Shown: piece by piece, positions 18,419 to 27,841 of the stretch
Layout of the letters: each line of letters starts with the position of its first letter
How positions within the stretch are numbered: position 1 is the stretch's first letter
Program-made: the position numbers and the translations under genes
Notes under the pieces: model-generated
The model's database searches: none
The model's input: only the letters and a program-made list of their open reading frames with translations
What the model was told of the DNA's origin: nothing
IMG/VR virus record: IMGVR_UViG_2915066250_000005
Coordinates: 17,142 to 81,141 of that record
Strand: one strand, 5' to 3'
DNA from: a virus
Lineage: Duplodnaviria > Caudoviricetes
Length of the DNA stretch: 64,000 nucleotides

Positions 18419-18477
18419 TTTTCCTTTTAACTCTGAAACTATGGCTCTGTACTCTGAAACTTTTTATATTGGGGCAT

Positions 18478-18511
18478 AGAAAAAACACCTACTAAATACA
18501 AGTAAGTGCCT
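18478..18511 (-). terminator. Terminator downstream of MerR gene
   Basis: CAC-TAC...GTA-GTG stem with A7 run on plus (U tract on minus). Confidence 0.5.
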
Positions 18512-18519
18512 ACCTATGA

Positions 18520-19371
18520 TTATTGATATTTATTATTTAGATACTGTTCATTTGCCTTTAGCAACTTCTTATAGTAATTATCATAAGACTTGCTAAATTT
18601 TCTAATAAGTGGAATTGCTATTTCATAATATTGATTTTCCTTCATAAAGTTTTTAAGCTTTTCCTGGATCTGTTTCATCAAGCTATTTTGATACTCTTCA
18701 CTAATTTTATAGCTTTCATACGAAGAAATTGCATCTTCATTATCTTTCATCCACTTTTCTGGATTATTGACAGCATCGAGTTTAGCTTGATTTATATCCT
18801 TTAAGGTTTCCATATCAAAGTGTGAGCTAAGCTTCTCAATATATTTTTTCTCTTCTTCACTTAATTCAAACGAAGGGAGCCTATCAAGATAATCTATATA
18901 TTTGTAAAAAGAATTCTTACCATCATTTTCTAATGGCTCATTCAAAAATGGTTGATAAGCAGCAAATAACATTTGTCCAAAATACCCTGGAAAAGCAATT
19001 TCTAGTTTTTCATAGATAGTTTCTTCCGCCTCAAGTAATGAAATTTTATCATTAATAAGTTGATTACTTTCACCTTTAACAACCATTTCTAGTATTGCTT
19101 TTCTTTTCTCATCAACCTCCAATTGATGCTCCTTTTTTCTTAAAACAGAAGACAGTGTATCCCCACCTGATGATATACACTGATTAATCTCTGAAATGCT
19201 CATTCCCAACTTTCTAAATATAGATACCTTTTTCAAAATTTCTAAATCCTTGGTACTATAGTCTCTATAACCATTCTCAGATTTCTGAGGATGGATAAGT
19301 CCTTTATCCTCGTAATATTCTATTGCCTTCCTAGTTAGACCCGTTTCTTTTTGAATTTCACTTCTTAGCAT
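18520..19371 (-). CDS. MerR-family transcriptional regulator
   Basis: TGLTRKAIEYYEDKGLIHP..SENGYRDY; uncharacterised helical C-terminus. Confidence 0.88.
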   Translation of the reverse strand: MLRSEIQKETGLTRKAIEYYEDKGLIHPQKSENGYRDYSTKDLEILKKVSIFRKLGMSISEINQCISSGGDTLSSVLRKKEHQLEVDEKRKAILEMVVKGESNQLINDKISLLEAEETIYEKLEIAFPGYFGQMLFAAYQPFLNEPLENDGKNSFYKYIDYLDRLPSFELSEEEKKYIEKLSSHFDMETLKDINQAKLDAVNNPEKWMKDNEDAISSYESYKISEEYQNSLMKQIQEKLKNFMKENQYYEIAIPLIRKFSKSYDNYYKKLLKANEQYLNNKYQ

Positions 19372-19394
19372 GGTTATCTACCTCCTTTGATTAA

Positions 19395-19425
19395 AGGATA
19401 ACACGGTCCCCAACGGACAGGTCAA
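19395..19425 (-). promoter_or_regulatory. MerR-type promoter (19-bp spacer with dyad)
   Basis: TTGACC-19 bp-TATCCT; spacer contains GTCC-n5-GGAC dyad. Confidence 0.7.
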
Positions 19426-19465
19426 GCCCTATATATTATATAAATTTCCCACTAGCCTATAAAGC

Positions 19466-19510
19466 AAAACAGACACCTCACCAATTTTAGTGAAGTGCCT
19501 TTCTTCTTTT
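19466..19510. terminator. Terminator downstream of LSR B'
   Basis: GACAC-TCAC...GTGA-GTGCC stem flanked by A and T tracts. Confidence 0.5.
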
Positions 19511-21088
19511 TTATCTATTTAATTCTACCTGGCTGCCATCAAGAAAAATAAATTCAATTCTTCCATCATGATACACTGTAAGGAAATCTACCATGCTAAG
19601 CCATACATTTTTATCAAACTCTGTCATAAGTTCTTGCTTTTCAAGTTCATGTATAAAGTCCTCTACCTCATCACGCTTGGATTGTTTTTCTATGATGGTC
19701 TGCTTGATTTCATCCAGCCTAGTCTTTGTAGTATTAAATCTATTTACTAGGCTTGTGTATCTTACTTCATACTCATCTTGATTTTGAACTTTTCTAGCAT
19801 TCTCGTTTATACAGTCATTTACCTGTTCAGCTACAATGTTAAGTTTTTCTTCAAGCTCTATCTTTTCTTTCTCAAGCACTGAAGTATCAAAGATTATCTT
19901 TGCCATTTCTTTATGGTTGCTGATAATTTCCTTCTTGTTCTTGACCAGCTTATTAACTGCCTGTAAAAATAAGTTTTTGATTTCTTCTTCAGTTAAATGT
20001 GGAGTGCTACATTTCTCTTCAAACTTATGATTACACTGCCAAATCTTCTGACGATATTTGCTGGTTGAATGCCATGTTTTTGACCCGTACCAAGACCCAC
20101 AATCTCCACATTTAATCTTACTTGAGTATATGCTAACGCTTGAAATTCGGTTCTTTCCAGCTTTTCTTTGCTCTAGTAACCTTTGTACTCTATCAAATGT
20201 ACTTGGTGGAATAATTGCCTCATGATTTCCAGTTACATAGTATTGAGGAATCTCCCCTTCATTCTTTTTCTTTTCCTTAGTTAGAAAGTCCACTGTGAAT
20301 GACTTTTGAAGTAGCGCATCCCCTTTGTATTTCTCATTTCTTAAAATCGCATTAACTGTTCCTGCTGACCATTTCTTTTTTCCACCGGGTGTTAATATTC
20401 CTTCTTCCGTCAGTTCTTTAGCAATTCCAAATGGTGAATATCCTTGAAGGAAAAGTCTATAAATCTTTTTTACAACTTTTGCTTGCTCAGGATTAACAAC
20501 TAAGTTGCCATCTTCTCCCCTGTCATAACCTAGAAATCTTTCAAAAGGTACGGTTACCTTACCATCAGCAAATCTCTTTCTTTGGCCCCATGTGCAGTTT
20601 TCTGAAATGGATCTTGATTCTTCTTGAGCAAGGCTGGACATGATTGTAATAAGCAGTTCTCCCTTGCTATCAAAAGTCCAGATGTTTTCTTTTTCAAAGA
20701 ATACTTCTGTGCCATGTTCCTTTAGCTTTCTGATGGTAGATAAGCTATCGACCGTATTCCTTGCAAAACGGCTGACTGACTTAGTAACAATAAGGTCTAT
20801 CTTTCCATCAAGGGCATCTTTTACCATTCGTTTAAAACCATCACGCTTTTTGGTGTTGGTAGCTGATATTCCTTCGTCTGTATAAACTTGTACGAACTCC
20901 CAATCCTCTCTACTTTTGATATAGTTTGTATAGTAGTCAACCTGTGCCTCATAGGAAGTTTGCTGTTCTTCGCTATCAGTTGATACTCTGGCATATCCTG
21001 CAACTCTTCTTTTTTTCACTTCATTAATTGGAGTCAGATTAAATTTACTAATGGTTGCAGGTATTGTTGTTACTTTCTTATTGACCAT
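19511..21088 (-). CDS. Large serine recombinase B'
   Basis: RRVAGYARVSTDSEEQ, collinear with 16586-18133. Confidence 0.95.
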   Translation of the reverse strand: MVNKKVTTIPATISKFNLTPINEVKKRRVAGYARVSTDSEEQQTSYEAQVDYYTNYIKSREDWEFVQVYTDEGISATNTKKRDGFKRMVKDALDGKIDLIVTKSVSRFARNTVDSLSTIRKLKEHGTEVFFEKENIWTFDSKGELLITIMSSLAQEESRSISENCTWGQRKRFADGKVTVPFERFLGYDRGEDGNLVVNPEQAKVVKKIYRLFLQGYSPFGIAKELTEEGILTPGGKKKWSAGTVNAILRNEKYKGDALLQKSFTVDFLTKEKKKNEGEIPQYYVTGNHEAIIPPSTFDRVQRLLEQRKAGKNRISSVSIYSSKIKCGDCGSWYGSKTWHSTSKYRQKIWQCNHKFEEKCSTPHLTEEEIKNLFLQAVNKLVKNKKEIISNHKEMAKIIFDTSVLEKEKIELEEKLNIVAEQVNDCINENARKVQNQDEYEVRYTSLVNRFNTTKTRLDEIKQTIIEKQSKRDEVEDFIHELEKQELMTEFDKNVWLSMVDFLTVYHDGRIEFIFLDGSQVELNR

Positions 21089-22845
21089 TTTTTCTCACTC
21101 CTTATCTTCTTCATTCTCTCGCTTGCTTCTTTTCTGTGTTCCTCATTTTTCCAGTATTCATGCATTTGAAGAATCTGCTTTTCGTGTCTTTCCTTAGTCC
21201 AAGGAGTACCACGTTTTTTCTCAAGATATTCTTTTGTTTCCTCGTGGCTATCTTTGAACTTAAACCTTACTTTATTATCAGCAATGTAGATCCTTTGGAT
21301 TTTTTCATCCATTACCTTCTCATCAAACTCATCAAGTTCTAACACCTCACATAATAGCTTTTTAAGCGTTCCTTCTTGAATTGAGTTATGTGGGCATTCA
21401 CTTCTTTTTGTTCTGCATGAAAGGTATGTTATTTTCTCCCCTGTCTTTAGTGTTGTTTTCAGAGCATTAAATGAATTACCACATCTATCACATTCAATTA
21501 GTCCTGTGAAAGGTGTAGCTGGATTTTTTCTATGATAATTATGTTTATTTTTTCTTTGCTCCGATATTTTTGCTCTAACCTCTTCAGTAAAATATTTCTT
21601 CCTATCTATCTTTCTATATGGTTTTTCAACTATTCTTCCATTTGTAAGGTAGAATATAAATTTTTCTTTTCCTATTACATCAACGTGGTCTATCTCTTTA
21701 GTAAAAAGCTTGGAATCATACTCTTCAATTTCTAAAACTTCACAGATAATTTCTTTTATTAGCCTATCGTTTATATCTCCGGTATGACATGGATTACCGT
21801 GTCCTGCTTTTCTCGTGGCACAAACCCAATACTTGTTTTTCCCATTTACTAAATTTCTAACACTACTTTGAAAATTCTTACCACAATGTGGGCATCGTAT
21901 CTTTCCGGTCATTTCAGTTGTAGGTATGGCAGGGTTACCAATTGCCCCAGCAAGTCTCCTTCTTTCCATTTCAATCTGCACTTTGTCATAGGTTTCTTTT
22001 GGAATAATTGCCTCATGTGTATTTTCTACATAATATTGAGGTAGTTCACCCCTATTGAGCTTTCGCTTTTTAGTAATTGGATCAACTACATATTCTTTTT
22101 GGAATAGCAGGTTTCCTGTGTAAGTGATATTTCTTAGAATTACTTTTATGTTAGAATCTACCCACCTATAGCCTCGCCTAGTTGTTATCCCTTCTTTAGC
22201 AAACATCTTCTCAATCTGCATTCTTGATTTTCCAGAAAGATATTCTGAATATATTCTTCTTACAATCTCAGCCTCTTCTTCTACAATTACGAGTTTATCG
22301 CCTTCCCAAACATATCCGAATACATTAAATCTTCCGTTTGGTATGCCTTGTTTAAATCTTTTTACTGTCCCCCATTTCACGTTTTCTGAAATGGATCTTG
22401 ATTCTTCCTGTGCAAATGAAGCTAGGATGGAAAGCATAAGCTCACCATCACCACTTAATGAATTTATGTTTTCATTTTCAAATCTAACTTCAATTCCCTT
22501 TGATTTAAGGTGTCTTACTACTTCCAAAAGGTCAACTGTATTTCTAGCAAAACGCTTGATGGATTTTGTAAGGATAATGTCGATATTTCCCTTTTCACAC
22601 TCTTCCATCATTTCCATAAAGCCTGGTCTTTTAGCTGTACTTGTTCCTGATATACCATAATCAGAATAAACGCCTTTAAATTCCCATTCAGGATTATTTT
22701 GAATAAGTTTGCTGTAATAACTTATCTGTGCAGATAAGGAATGCTTAAGTCTATCAGTTTCCATAGATACTCTGGCATAGGCAGCAACCTTTTTTCTTGT
22801 TTCGATGAGTGGCTTTTTCACATCGATTTTTTGTACTTTTTTCAT
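21070..22845 (-). CDS. Large serine recombinase A' (two zinc-ribbon repeats)
   Basis: KVAAYARVS, CPHCG and CDRCG ribbons; collinear with 14890-16620. Confidence 0.93.
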   Translation of the reverse strand: MKKVQKIDVKKPLIETRKKVAAYARVSMETDRLKHSLSAQISYYSKLIQNNPEWEFKGVYSDYGISGTSTAKRPGFMEMMEECEKGNIDIILTKSIKRFARNTVDLLEVVRHLKSKGIEVRFENENINSLSGDGELMLSILASFAQEESRSISENVKWGTVKRFKQGIPNGRFNVFGYVWEGDKLVIVEEEAEIVRRIYSEYLSGKSRMQIEKMFAKEGITTRRGYRWVDSNIKVILRNITYTGNLLFQKEYVVDPITKKRKLNRGELPQYYVENTHEAIIPKETYDKVQIEMERRRLAGAIGNPAIPTTEMTGKIRCPHCGKNFQSSVRNLVNGKNKYWVCATRKAGHGNPCHTGDINDRLIKEIICEVLEIEEYDSKLFTKEIDHVDVIGKEKFIFYLTNGRIVEKPYRKIDRKKYFTEEVRAKISEQRKNKHNYHRKNPATPFTGLIECDRCGNSFNALKTTLKTGEKITYLSCRTKRSECPHNSIQEGTLKKLLCEVLELDEFDEKVMDEKIQRIYIADNKVRFKFKDSHEETKEYLEKKRGTPWTKERHEKQILQMHEYWKNEEHRKEASERMKKIRSEKKWSIRK

Positions 22846-22888
22846 TGGTCTACCTCCTTTGTCAGTGTATATATATCACTCTAAACGC

Positions 22889-23074
22889 TTAATTTATCAA
22901 GTCATTTAGTGAGAAAAGCTCCCCTATAAATGGATGATATTTTTCCAGTAAGATACAATTCATTTCTTCGAATTCTTCCTTATTTATAATGTGATTTTTG
23001 AGCATTTTTACAGCAATGGAGACAGATAATTGATACATCATTTCAGCGTGTTCCTCTTTATTCATCACCATCAC
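22889..23074 (-). CDS. SHOCT-like small protein
   Basis: KMLKNHIINKEEFEEMNCILLEKYHP. Confidence 0.65.
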   Translation of the reverse strand: MMVMNKEEHAEMMYQLSVSIAVKMLKNHIINKEEFEEMNCILLEKYHPFIGELFSLNDLIN

Positions 23075-23459
23075 CGCCTCTAAACCTATCCTCTATATAG
23101 CAGGTATGACAGCAGTATTTTCTGTTTTCATGAGGATAGGCTTTAAATGGTTTATGGCAATTAAGACAGGTATGTTCTTCAAGTTTTGTCTTATCTAGCT
23201 TTATCCTATTTTTATTCCACCATTTTCTTTTACAACTTTCACTGCAGAAGATCTTTTTCTTGGTATGCTCTTTTTGAATGATTTCATTTCCACACTCTTT
23301 GCAATAACACTTCTTAGGAGTAAAAAATCCGGCTAAGTTGTTATTTCTACAGAACGATTTAATGGTATTTACACTTATTCCAAGTTCATTTGAGATTTTC
23401 TTATATCCTAGGCCTTCTTCTCTAAGTTCTTTTATCTTTTCTTTTTCTTCTAAATTCAT
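23058..23459 (-). CDS. HTH + zinc-finger protein of recombinase operon
   Basis: GLGYKKISNELGISVNTIKSFCRNN; CKEC...FCSESCK..WW; CLNC...YCCHTCY. Confidence 0.75.
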   Translation of the reverse strand: MNLEEKEKIKELREEGLGYKKISNELGISVNTIKSFCRNNNLAGFFTPKKCYCKECGNEIIQKEHTKKKIFCSESCKRKWWNKNRIKLDKTKLEEHTCLNCHKPFKAYPHENRKYCCHTCYIEDRFRGGDGDE

Positions 23460-23477
23460 AAAGGCTACCTCCTATTA

Positions 23478-23505
23478 GGTAGCCTTGGGAAAGGTCAAAA
23501 TCTGA
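23478..23505 (-). promoter_or_regulatory. Element-2 bipartite motif copy 1 (TCAGATTTT-N6-TCCCAAGGCTACC)
   Basis: Same two blocks and spacing at 28076-28103 and 59834-59861. Confidence 0.7.
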
Positions 23506-23513
23506 CGCTTCTA

Positions 23514-25502
23514 TTAATCTTTTTTATAAAATTCACATTCATAACCATCTGCACGAAGAAGCAACCCCTTAGCCCAAGGTGGTGTTCTTCCCATTTGCTC
23601 ACATACCATAGAAAGACTCATTCTTTTATCAGCCTCTATTATTATTTCATCATGGATATGTGCTACTATCTGGCAGTTTCTTAATGTCTTCATAGCAAAG
23701 AGCAAAATATCTCTTGCAGTTCCCTGAATAATATTTTCTACAAACTTAGGACCATAACTTTCTAGTCTTTCCCACTTTTTTGCATTCCCGACTCCTTCAT
23801 AAGTAACTGACTCACCACCGAATCTATTCTCACCAATTCTAGGTTTTACATAGGCAAGTTTTCTTCCTGAAGGAAGTTCAATAAAAAGGAATCCACTTTT
23901 CCATGAAAACTTTATGCCATGAGTTTCCGTTTCTATTCTTTGCTTAATACAGATTTTGACTGCTCTATCCACATCCCACCAAAGACTTGTAATCATAGGA
24001 TTTGAATTTCTCCATGCATCTACAAGTGGCTGTAGTTCTTCTTCAACAAGTCCCATTTCAAGTGCTCCCATAGCTTTTAAGGCGCCCACCGAACCACCAT
24101 AGCCAAGTGCAAGTTCTGCGATTTTACCTTTTTGTCTAAGGTGGCTATTTATACCATGCTTTTCAACAGGGACTCCAAACATCTGACTAGCAGATGAACA
24201 GTAGATATCTTTACCTTCTTCAAAGACCTTCATTCTCCATTTTTCTCCTGCAAGCCATGCAAGGACTCTCGCTTCAATGGCTGAAAAGTCAGCTACTATG
24301 AATTTGTTATTGTTCTGAGGTACGAAGGCAGTTCTAATCAGTTGAGATAAGGTATCTGGGATATCTTCATATAAAATTTCAAGAGCATCTACATTTTCTT
24401 CTCTTACAAGTGCTCTAGCATCAGCTAAATCTGGCAGATGGTTTTGTGGTAGGTTTTGTAACTGAACAAGCCTTCCTGCAAATCTTCCAGTTCTATTTGC
24501 ACCATAATAACGAAACATTCCTCTTTCCCTATTGTCTGTGCAGGCAGCATTTTTCATGGCTGTATACTTCTTAACAGAAGACTTTGATAACTGCTGTCTT
24601 AAAGTAAGAACCTCAGCAAGTTCTTTTGATGCAGTCTTTATTTCTTTTGCTACTTCCTTTTTGCCTAGAGACTCCATTTCAAGTCCATGCTCCGATAACC
24701 AGTTTCTCATCTGAAGAACTGAGTTAGGATTTTCAAGTCCAGTAATTTCTGTTAGCTTTTGCATAAGACTAGCCTTTACACCAGTATCTAATTTGATTGC
24801 CGAATCAACAAGAACAGGATCAATAGCGATTCCTCTATCGTTGATTTCTTGGTCTAAATAAAACTCATCCCATATATCTCCTGACACAGGAAATCTCGAT
24901 AATTTCTCTTGAATTCCCATCTCAACTTCCACATCACGCTTGTTATATGATTTGAATTGTTCCCATTTTACTTCATCATGAAAGTACAGATTCCTTGTTC
25001 TTCCTTCGTTAGTTTTTGTCGGAGTGCAGGGTACACAAAAATACTTGATTAGGTTTTTACCTTCGCTTAATTTCTGCTTATCAAGTCCTAGCACAGCACC
25101 CACTCCTTCAAGGGATAAGGGAAGTCCTAGTGTTGCTGACCAAATCATGGTGCATTTCCAAGATGTCGGATTTAAAAACATCGCCATTGATGTACTAAGT
25201 TCATGATTATCATAGAAAGGATCTAGACTGGTGCCTTTATCTCTTAAAAATCTTGATAAACAAACCCTCTCAAATTGTGCATTAAATGCCCATTTGCTTA
25301 TTTTTTTATCTGTAAGAGCATCCAGTATTTCAGAAGGGATTTCCTCTCCTTTTGCTAAATCTATGACTTTAACATCACTACCATCAATGCTGTAAGCAAA
25401 TAAGAGTATTTCAAAATCATCGGATTCGGCATATTTATATACACCACACTTTTTAAGGTCTACGCTGCTATAGGTTTCAATGTCTATACTGATAGTTTCC
25501 AT
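23514..25502 (-). CDS. Phage family A DNA polymerase
   Basis: SIDIETYS, ADFSAIEARVLAW, RQKGKIAELALGYGG, HIHDEII; start moved to ATG 25502 (GGAGG at 8 nt). Confidence 0.93.
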   Translation of the reverse strand: METISIDIETYSSVDLKKCGVYKYAESDDFEILLFAYSIDGSDVKVIDLAKGEEIPSEILDALTDKKISKWAFNAQFERVCLSRFLRDKGTSLDPFYDNHELSTSMAMFLNPTSWKCTMIWSATLGLPLSLEGVGAVLGLDKQKLSEGKNLIKYFCVPCTPTKTNEGRTRNLYFHDEVKWEQFKSYNKRDVEVEMGIQEKLSRFPVSGDIWDEFYLDQEINDRGIAIDPVLVDSAIKLDTGVKASLMQKLTEITGLENPNSVLQMRNWLSEHGLEMESLGKKEVAKEIKTASKELAEVLTLRQQLSKSSVKKYTAMKNAACTDNRERGMFRYYGANRTGRFAGRLVQLQNLPQNHLPDLADARALVREENVDALEILYEDIPDTLSQLIRTAFVPQNNNKFIVADFSAIEARVLAWLAGEKWRMKVFEEGKDIYCSSASQMFGVPVEKHGINSHLRQKGKIAELALGYGGSVGALKAMGALEMGLVEEELQPLVDAWRNSNPMITSLWWDVDRAVKICIKQRIETETHGIKFSWKSGFLFIELPSGRKLAYVKPRIGENRFGGESVTYEGVGNAKKWERLESYGPKFVENIIQGTARDILLFAMKTLRNCQIVAHIHDEIIIEADKRMSLSMVCEQMGRTPPWAKGLLLRADGYECEFYKKD

Positions 25503-25554
25503 CTTCATCACCTCCAATAAAAATAAGGGTGGCAGATTAGTGCCACCCACCATG

Positions 25555-25671
25555 TTACTTTCTGTTTATCTTTTCTCTGATGTCTAGATAAAGACTTACC
25601 AGTGTTTTTGCTACAAAATCGAAGAGCCAAGTTCCAATGAAGATAGCAACAAATATATCAATCAAATTCAT
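25555..25671 (-). CDS. 38-aa membrane peptide (not in ORF track)
   Basis: MNLIDIFVAIFIGTWLFDFVAKTLVSLYLDIREKINRK. Confidence 0.45.
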   Translation of the reverse strand: MNLIDIFVAIFIGTWLFDFVAKTLVSLYLDIREKINRK

Positions 25672-25675
25672 GTTA

Positions 25676-25810
25676 CTATTGCTCCTTCTTTTTCTTCTTT
25701 TCCTTGCGATCCTTTATCCATTCTTTAATCAGAAACCACCATGAGCCTAAGATTAGTCCTACGGTTGCCCCAAAGCATACGGATAACATCATACTTTCTA
25801 CTTTAGTCAT
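25676..25810 (-). CDS. 44-aa membrane peptide (not in ORF track)
   Basis: GGAGG RBS; MTKVESMMLSVCFGATVGLILGSWWFLIKEWIKDRKEKKKKKEQ. Confidence 0.55.
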   Translation of the reverse strand: MTKVESMMLSVCFGATVGLILGSWWFLIKEWIKDRKEKKKKKEQ

Positions 25811-25820
25811 AACGCACCTC

Positions 25821-26369
25821 CTAAGCTAAGAAGTCATCATCTTCAAGGCTTGTAAAATCATCAGCAGCATTACTTCTTCCACCAAGTGGCTCACCATCTC
25901 TAATCTTTTGAATGTTTCCAAGACCGCAGGCAATTCCCTTATTACCATTTGAGTTAAAAGCATAAAAGCTAATGGATACACGAGCATAACAACCTGAATA
26001 TAATTCACTTCTATCAAGGATAGGTTTTACAGCTTTATCTACAATTTGAGGTGCTGTTACGCTATTTGCGTTGATGAAATAATGACCTTTATATGCCTCA
26101 TCATCACGCTCAATATCTCCATCTCGAAGAGGCAATTTAATAGCAGCCTTGTTTGGTTTCTTTCCACCAAACTTCCCGATTCCTTCTTCGATTGCAGCAT
26201 CAATCTCCTTTTCAATTGCAGTAATTGTTTCTTTGTCATCCTTTGGAATAAGAATAGATACACTATACTTCTCAGGTCCTCCATTAATTGACTTTGGCTC
26301 CCAGCCATTAAAATATGAAAGTCTTGTGTCTTTTCCTGTGATTACCTTTGTTCTACTAATATTTGCCAT
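25821..26369 (-). CDS. DUF2815 family ssDNA-binding protein
   Basis: RLSYFNGWEPKS, PLRDGD, ELYSGCYARVS, GLGNIQK, acidic tail. Confidence 0.85.
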   Translation of the reverse strand: MANISRTKVITGKDTRLSYFNGWEPKSINGGPEKYSVSILIPKDDKETITAIEKEIDAAIEEGIGKFGGKKPNKAAIKLPLRDGDIERDDEAYKGHYFINANSVTAPQIVDKAVKPILDRSELYSGCYARVSISFYAFNSNGNKGIACGLGNIQKIRDGEPLGGRSNAADDFTSLEDDDFLA

Positions 26370-26370
26370 T

Positions 26371-27510
26371 TTAATTTTCCTCCGTTATTTCATTAAATTC
26401 GTTTTTAGCATTTGTTACATTTACTTTCTGACGCTTATCTGAGTTTGGTACAAGTGTCAGTTTTCCAGGTGGTTTGATAATGAGGTCACCTAGAATATCC
26501 TCAAATTTCTTCTTTCCCATTAGTTTTTGCATTTCAGTAAGTGTAATAAGACTGGTTTTAAAGATATCGGAATAGCCATTTTCTTTCGCCTTTTCTATTA
26601 CTGCGTTTTCATCCTTATACTTTCTTACAGACCTACCCTCTACAACCTTATAGCCATCCCACTCTTTACCATGATTAACTGCCATATCTGTAGCATAAGC
26701 TAAGATGCTATTTGCCCATGAAGTCAAATCCGGAATAACCACTAGAATTTCTTCTACTTCAGCATCTGTTAATAGTGGTGGCAGTTTAAACTCATCCTTT
26801 GCAAGTTTCAGCTTTTCTTCCGCCCTTGCTCTACACCTAACTGCAGCCTTACAAAATTTGCACCAATCACCTGAGCAATATTCTCCCTCACCCTTTATAG
26901 CCAAATCTGCCCTAGGTTTTAGAACTTCCTCTGCCCACTTCTTTAGTTCGCTTGCAGAAATCGTCCAAGTAGAAACATTCTCTCTTCGTGGCTGAAAGAT
27001 TGACATACTAACTTCTTTTATGTCATATAGGCTTTCATAAATTGAAAGTGCTCCAAGTGCATAGCATTTCATTTGTGAATTCTCATAGGCATCAACAAGA
27101 ACTCCCTGTCCGTATTTAAAGTCAATGATGGAAAGCCTATCATCTGAAACGATCAAGCAATCTGCAGTTCCAAATCCATCTGGAACATACTCCGAAAAAT
27201 CCACTTTCTGTTCAATCAGAATAGCCGGATCCTTACACTTCTGTTTGGCTAATTCATATTGCTCCAAAACAAAATCCACATAGGCATCAGTACATTCTTG
27301 CATTTCATCGGAATCATAATCGGATACAGGTCGTTTACTTCGCATCTTCAATGCCTTTTTTAGTTTGTGCTCACAAAAGGCGTGTGCCGCTGTTCCTTCT
27401 TCTGCTGCAGATGAACTGGTGTTTTCAAACTCCAGCTCAAGCACAGCACTTGGTGTACAGTTAAGCCACCTATGGGAGCTTGATGGAGATAAAATTGCGT
27501 GTTTATTCAA
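26371..27510 (-). CDS. DUF2800 Cas4-like nuclease
   Basis: HAILSPSSSHRWLNCTPS, FGTADC, IDFKYG, WCKFCKAAVRC. Confidence 0.85.
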   Translation of the reverse strand: MNKHAILSPSSSHRWLNCTPSAVLELEFENTSSSAAEEGTAAHAFCEHKLKKALKMRSKRPVSDYDSDEMQECTDAYVDFVLEQYELAKQKCKDPAILIEQKVDFSEYVPDGFGTADCLIVSDDRLSIIDFKYGQGVLVDAYENSQMKCYALGALSIYESLYDIKEVSMSIFQPRRENVSTWTISASELKKWAEEVLKPRADLAIKGEGEYCSGDWCKFCKAAVRCRARAEEKLKLAKDEFKLPPLLTDAEVEEILVVIPDLTSWANSILAYATDMAVNHGKEWDGYKVVEGRSVRKYKDENAVIEKAKENGYSDIFKTSLITLTEMQKLMGKKKFEDILGDLIIKPPGKLTLVPNSDKRQKVNVTNAKNEFNEITEEN

Positions 27511-27841
27511 TTTTGATTTCCTCCGCTTCTTTTAATAGCTGACTGTAGTTTTCCTTTGGAACATCTGATAACTTCGTCCCACCGAACTTTACAATCAGTT
27601 CTTTTACCTCTGCAGTTTTCCCATGCTGACTTAGTTTTGCAAGAACTGCCCTTACATCTTCAAGGTTAAGTTTTTTTGCCTCCGGCAAAGCATTTACTTG
27701 CTTTTCCTCAATCACTTTTGCATCTGCTTCAATATAAGTAGTATCCTTATAGGTAATTGCAATTGACTCTACTACATCAGCCAAAGACCTCAGTAATTTT
27801 GATGCATCCATCATTAAGTCGTACTTTTGTTTGGTATCCAC
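27503..27841 (-). CDS. Conserved phage protein (rrp5-like annotation) preceding DUF2800
   Basis: LEDVRAVLAKLSQHGKTAEVKELIVKFGGTKLSDV. Confidence 0.65.
   Translation of the reverse strand: MDTKQKYDLMMDASKLLRSLADVVESIAITYKDTTYIEADAKVIEEKQVNALPEAKKLNLEDVRAVLAKLSQHGKTAEVKELIVKFGGTKLSDVPKENYSQLLKEAEEIKIE

Noticed and set aside
18370-18420. 3' end of rumA/rlmD (HVETV motif), a usual target of related elements
   Set aside because: No frame on either strand gives that motif at the junction.
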